DNA of 61,334 nucleotides, taken from positions 1-61,334 of the forward strand of contig WJMJ01000045.1 in NCBI GenBank assembly GCA_014728035.1, read 5' to 3'. Both the position numbers and the translations under genes were made by a program. The notes under the pieces were generated by a model. The model did not search any database. It was not told the DNA's origin and saw only the letters and a program-made list of their open reading frames with translations. Source of the stretch: Promethearchaeota archaeon (GTDB taxonomy: Archaea > Asgardarchaeota > Thorarchaeia > Thorarchaeales > Thorarchaeaceae). Of this stretch, positions 58,261 to 61,334 are shown one piece after another. The first letter of the stretch is position 1, and each line of letters starts with the position of its first letter.

Positions 58261-59421
58261 GTGTTGACCATGGTACTAACCGTTTCAACTTCAATTATTC
58301 TTGTTTTTAGAATTACATCTCTACTCATGACTTTCTTACTTTCATATACATTGATTATTAGATGGTTGGAATCTAAAATCAGAGTTGTTTTCCTTTTCAT
58401 GATAGCAAATCTCATTTCCTCCACATCTAACATTGCAAGTGTGATTGAAGTCTTATTCTTTTTTGATTCGTCTACAACTTTGAATCTATTTTCTACAGTT
58501 CTCCTCTCATTTTTCGGTCTAATTATTGCAAGCATATATCTTCTTTTCATTGATTATTTTGAACATGAACATATGTCTCCGGGAAAAGTAGCTCTTGCAG
58601 TTGCTCCTTCAAGTGCATATCCCTTGGGAATTCTTGCAGTTGTTCTTTTCAGTCCAACTAGTTATATGGAACCAAATTTCCTGATCTTTCTCAATATTGT
58701 CTTATTGCTAGTTCCCCTATTTATGATTGCTATTGGTTATAGTAGCTATAGAGCTCTCGAAAATTGTAAAGAGTTTGCATATGATGAAGAACATCTCAAT
58801 CAGTTAGTTAACATGCAATTGGGAATTGTCTGTTTATTCATTCTGACACCTATCTCAATTACTATTACTAACATTATAACGCCATTTCTTGACAATCTTG
58901 GAGAATTCAAACAAGTTATCTATTATTCCCCTCAAGAAATTCTTCTAATTATTGGAGGCTTCCTTCTCTGGCAAGCATATGCTAGGTCTCGGAGAATTGC
59001 TTTCCTCCAACCTCAAAGAGTGTACAAGTTAATTGTTGTAAATAATGCTGGATTACCTGTCTACTCGTTCGATTTTATTGAATCAAGTAAGCAGATTGAC
59101 GAATCATTAATCTCAGGTGGAATCTCAGCTGTCAGCTCCATGTTGGGAGAAGTATTGGGAGCTACTGATATCCAGTCAATTTCATTCGAGTCTCATAAAA
59201 TGATGATCCGAACATTTACTAAATTCAGTGTAGTATTATTTGCAGAACGTGAATCTGCTTTTCTACTCAAAGCAATCGATGACTTTGGTTCCCAATTTGA
59301 AGTACAATTTGGGGATAAAATTCAAGATGGCGTTCAACCAGATCATTTTGACGGTACAAAAAACCTTGTCTTGAGATCATTTGGTTTAGCGGTAAAAGAA
59401 GAAATGAAAGGTATGCTTTGA
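58261..59421 (+). CDS. Seven-TM protein with C-terminal longin-like domain
   Basis: Seven hydrophobic segments, then 'LIVVNNAGLPVYSFDF..DESLISGGISAVSSMLGE..LKAIDDFGSQFEVQF'. Confidence 0.78.
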   Translation: MLTMVLTVSTSIILVFRITSLLMTFLLSYTLIIRWLESKIRVVFLFMIANLISSTSNIASVIEVLFFFDSSTTLNLFSTVLLSFFGLIIASIYLLFIDYFEHEHMSPGKVALAVAPSSAYPLGILAVVLFSPTSYMEPNFLIFLNIVLLLVPLFMIAIGYSSYRALENCKEFAYDEEHLNQLVNMQLGIVCLFILTPISITITNIITPFLDNLGEFKQVIYYSPQEILLIIGGFLLWQAYARSRRIAFLQPQRVYKLIVVNNAGLPVYSFDFIESSKQIDESLISGGISAVSSMLGEVLGATDIQSISFESHKMMIRTFTKFSVVLFAERESAFLLKAIDDFGSQFEVQFGDKIQDGVQPDHFDGTKNLVLRSFGLAVKEEMKGML

Positions 59422-59443
59422 AATCGCATACCTTTTTGGTCTA

Positions 59444-60325
59444 TTAGAATCTCATTGGTTTTGGCTTATCACCAGAATAGTCGTAGAATCCTTTGCCGGC
59501 TTTTCTTCCAACCCAACCAGCTCGTACCATTTTTCGTAGTAGTGCTGGGGCACGATACTTACTATCTTTGAACTCCTCTACAAAGTAATCTGATATGTAT
59601 AGTAGGGTATCAAGCCCAACGAAATCTGCTAGAGTGAGTGGACCCATTGGCCAGTTCAATCCCATCTTAATAGCCAAATCCATATCCTCAACAGTTGCTA
59701 CACCCTCTTGTATTGCGAAGACGGCTTCGTTTATTGCTGGAACCAGAAGACGGTTAACCGCGAAACCAGGAGCTTCGTTGACTAGAACAGTTTTCTTACC
59801 TACCTTTTCTGATACTGTTTTGATAATTTCAACTGTTTCATCTTCGGTAGCTTGTCCCTTGATAATCTCAACGAGTCCCATGACTGGTACTGGATTGAAA
59901 AAGTGCATTCCGATGAACTTCTCGGGACGTTTAGTGACTGCTGCCATCTGAGTAATACTGATACTTGAGGTATTTGAGGCTAGAATTGTATGCTCTGGAG
60001 CATGCTCATCAACTTCTTTCCATGTATCGAGTTTAAGTTTTACAATCTCAGGTATGGCTTCAATTACAAGATCTACATCCTTTACAACGGCTTTCAAGTC
60101 TAATTCGCCTGTAATTCGACCAAGGGTGGCATCTACCTCCTCCTGTGTGATTCTACCCTTTTTGAGTCCCCGTTCTAGATTTTTCTTAATCGTTGCCATT
60201 CCCTTGTCTATGAATTTCTGCTCAATATCTCTCATTATCACTTCGTAACCGGCCTGAGCGCATACATGTGCTATTCCGTTGCCCATCTGACCAGCGCCAA
60301 GCACTGCTATTTTCTTGATTTCCAT
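59444..60325 (-). CDS. hbd: 3-hydroxybutyryl-CoA dehydrogenase
   Basis: LGAGQMGNGIA, ASNTSSISI, GMHFFNPVPVM, PGFAVNR and PMGPLTLADFVGLD. Confidence 0.93.
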   Translation of the reverse strand: MEIKKIAVLGAGQMGNGIAHVCAQAGYEVIMRDIEQKFIDKGMATIKKNLERGLKKGRITQEEVDATLGRITGELDLKAVVKDVDLVIEAIPEIVKLKLDTWKEVDEHAPEHTILASNTSSISITQMAAVTKRPEKFIGMHFFNPVPVMGLVEIIKGQATEDETVEIIKTVSEKVGKKTVLVNEAPGFAVNRLLVPAINEAVFAIQEGVATVEDMDLAIKMGLNWPMGPLTLADFVGLDTLLYISDYFVEEFKDSKYRAPALLRKMVRAGWVGRKAGKGFYDYSGDKPKPMRF

Positions 60326-60417
60326 TCTTATGGTCCTCCATATTATTGGCTGATTGATGTTCGAAGATGGTTAGTAATATGTTTGACTGTTCAACATTGG
60401 ACACGCAAGATATGATA

Positions 60418-60837
60418 TTGTGACACGAACACAGTTGACAATTATAGTTTGTAAAGCAAACCTTTTTATATAAAACTATTAACCTACTATATAGTTTGTA
60501 ATGCAAACCATAAATGTGGCAATACGATAGTCACAAATTGTGACCTTCACTTGTGACCCTTTGTTGTGGCTTCGCATTATATACTCAAAAATCGATAATT
60601 ATGTGTGAGCTGTGATGAAGATGAAATCTCCCTCTCAAAGAAGTATCAATCAAATTCGCCTGACTCCAAGGGACTCTCCAAGAAAAGAGAATCTATACTA
60701 CGAGTACTATCGGAGGTTGAATTAGTTGAATGTAGTATTTCATATTTATCTCGCTTCTGAACTTCTCATCAATAAAGTGGTCATGGATTGGTCACAAAAT
60801 GGTCACAAAGCCCCATCAATAGCATATGTCGTGACCA
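60418..60837. promoter_or_regulatory. Array of (G)GTCACAA / TTGTGAC(C) sites in a divergent intergenic region
   Basis: TTGTGAC at 60418, palindrome GTCACAA-A-TTGTGAC at 60530-60544, TTGTGACC at 60551, TGGTCA repeats at 60778/60789/60800 (11-bp period), GTGACCA at 60831. Confidence 0.55.
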
Positions 60838-60864
60838 GTCATATAGAATAATGAGGTAAGAAAA

Positions 60865-61334
60865 TTGAGTAAAGTCGCAACATTCTTTGGTTTGAAAGAA
60901 GCTAACGAGGATATATTACAATTAGCTGGTAGACTTGCAATTTTACTACCAATAGTTTCAGCGACAATTCAACTCTCAACAACATTCTTTATGATTTTTG
61001 TAGCTGAGGCTCTTGGAGATGGATCCTATATTGAAGGGCTTGCTTATGTAGGTGTCCTTGTCGTGATTCAGATGGGAATCCAAACTCTTCTGGATTACCC
61101 AACCGGAGCTCTCGGTGATTACATTGGTCAGCGTTATGTTATTTCCGGTGCATTCCTATCATTTGCCTTAGCTTTCTATTTGGTGTCCTTCGTAACCACA
61201 ACCACTCCCTTTCTCTATCTCGTTCTGATCTATGTTCTCATGGGTTTTGGAAACTCTCAAATGAGTGGCTCTTTCAACGCTTGGTTTGACAATAATTATC
61301 GGGTTGCTATGCCTGGTGATACTGACCGTAAGCA
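60865..61334 (+). CDS. MFS transporter, 5' part (runs off window)
   Basis: Not in the track. TTG after a GAGGT RBS, open to the window end: LSKVATFFGL...LDYPTGALGDYIGQR (motif A)...MGFGNSQMSG. Confidence 0.85.
   Translation, partial: MSKVATFFGLKEANEDILQLAGRLAILLPIVSATIQLSTTFFMIFVAEALGDGSYIEGLAYVGVLVVIQMGIQTLLDYPTGALGDYIGQRYVISGAFLSFALAFYLVSFVTTTTPFLYLVLIYVLMGFGNSQMSGSFNAWFDNNYRVAMPGDTDRK

Noticed and set aside
551-60248. Many 60-200 aa ORFs antisense or out of frame within larger genes (e.g. 24849-25433, 47782-48201, 49237-49725)
   Set aside because: Shadow ORFs of well-supported genes, with no RBS or motifs.
60326-60864. Canonical archaeal replication origin (ORB) or the 94-aa ORF 60222-60506
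   Set aside because: No TTCCAGTGGAAAC/G-string ORB and no cdc6 in view. The ORF overlaps hbd out of frame and has non-protein-like composition.

Overview
A gene-dense, AT-rich archaeal chromosomal segment. I infer an Asgard archaeon, probably Thorarchaeia-like, from two longin-type C-terminal domain fusions, a SLC44/CTL-like membrane protein, archaeal TFS/CitG/TldDE genes and large membrane-anchored subtilases. Most of the window is housekeeping or peptide catabolism: grpE-dnaK-dnaJ, serC-DUF1015, tldD-pmbA, three S8 proteases, M29 and M24 peptidases, a sirtuin, a P-type ATPase, a ClC channel, MFS transporters and hbd. I recognised no rRNA, tRNA, CRISPR array or transposase. The best candidate for a new system is at 539-5008. 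A PqqD/RRE-fused radical SAM-SPASM maturase is transcribed divergently from a three-gene operon. The last gene of that operon is a single-pass surface protein whose predicted cytoplasmic C-terminus is a 49-residue Cys/His repeat ((CHSA)n, 11 Cys and 9 His, ending GGYR). This looks like a RiPP-type core peptide carried on a membrane protein. Secondary candidates are two structured three-way-junction 5' leaders (before the P-type ATPase and the largest protease), an array of GGTCACAA sites near the right end, a TFS paralog with only one zinc ribbon, and an unannotated 52-aa membrane protein. All assignments come from motif reading by eye; no database searches or folding programs were run.
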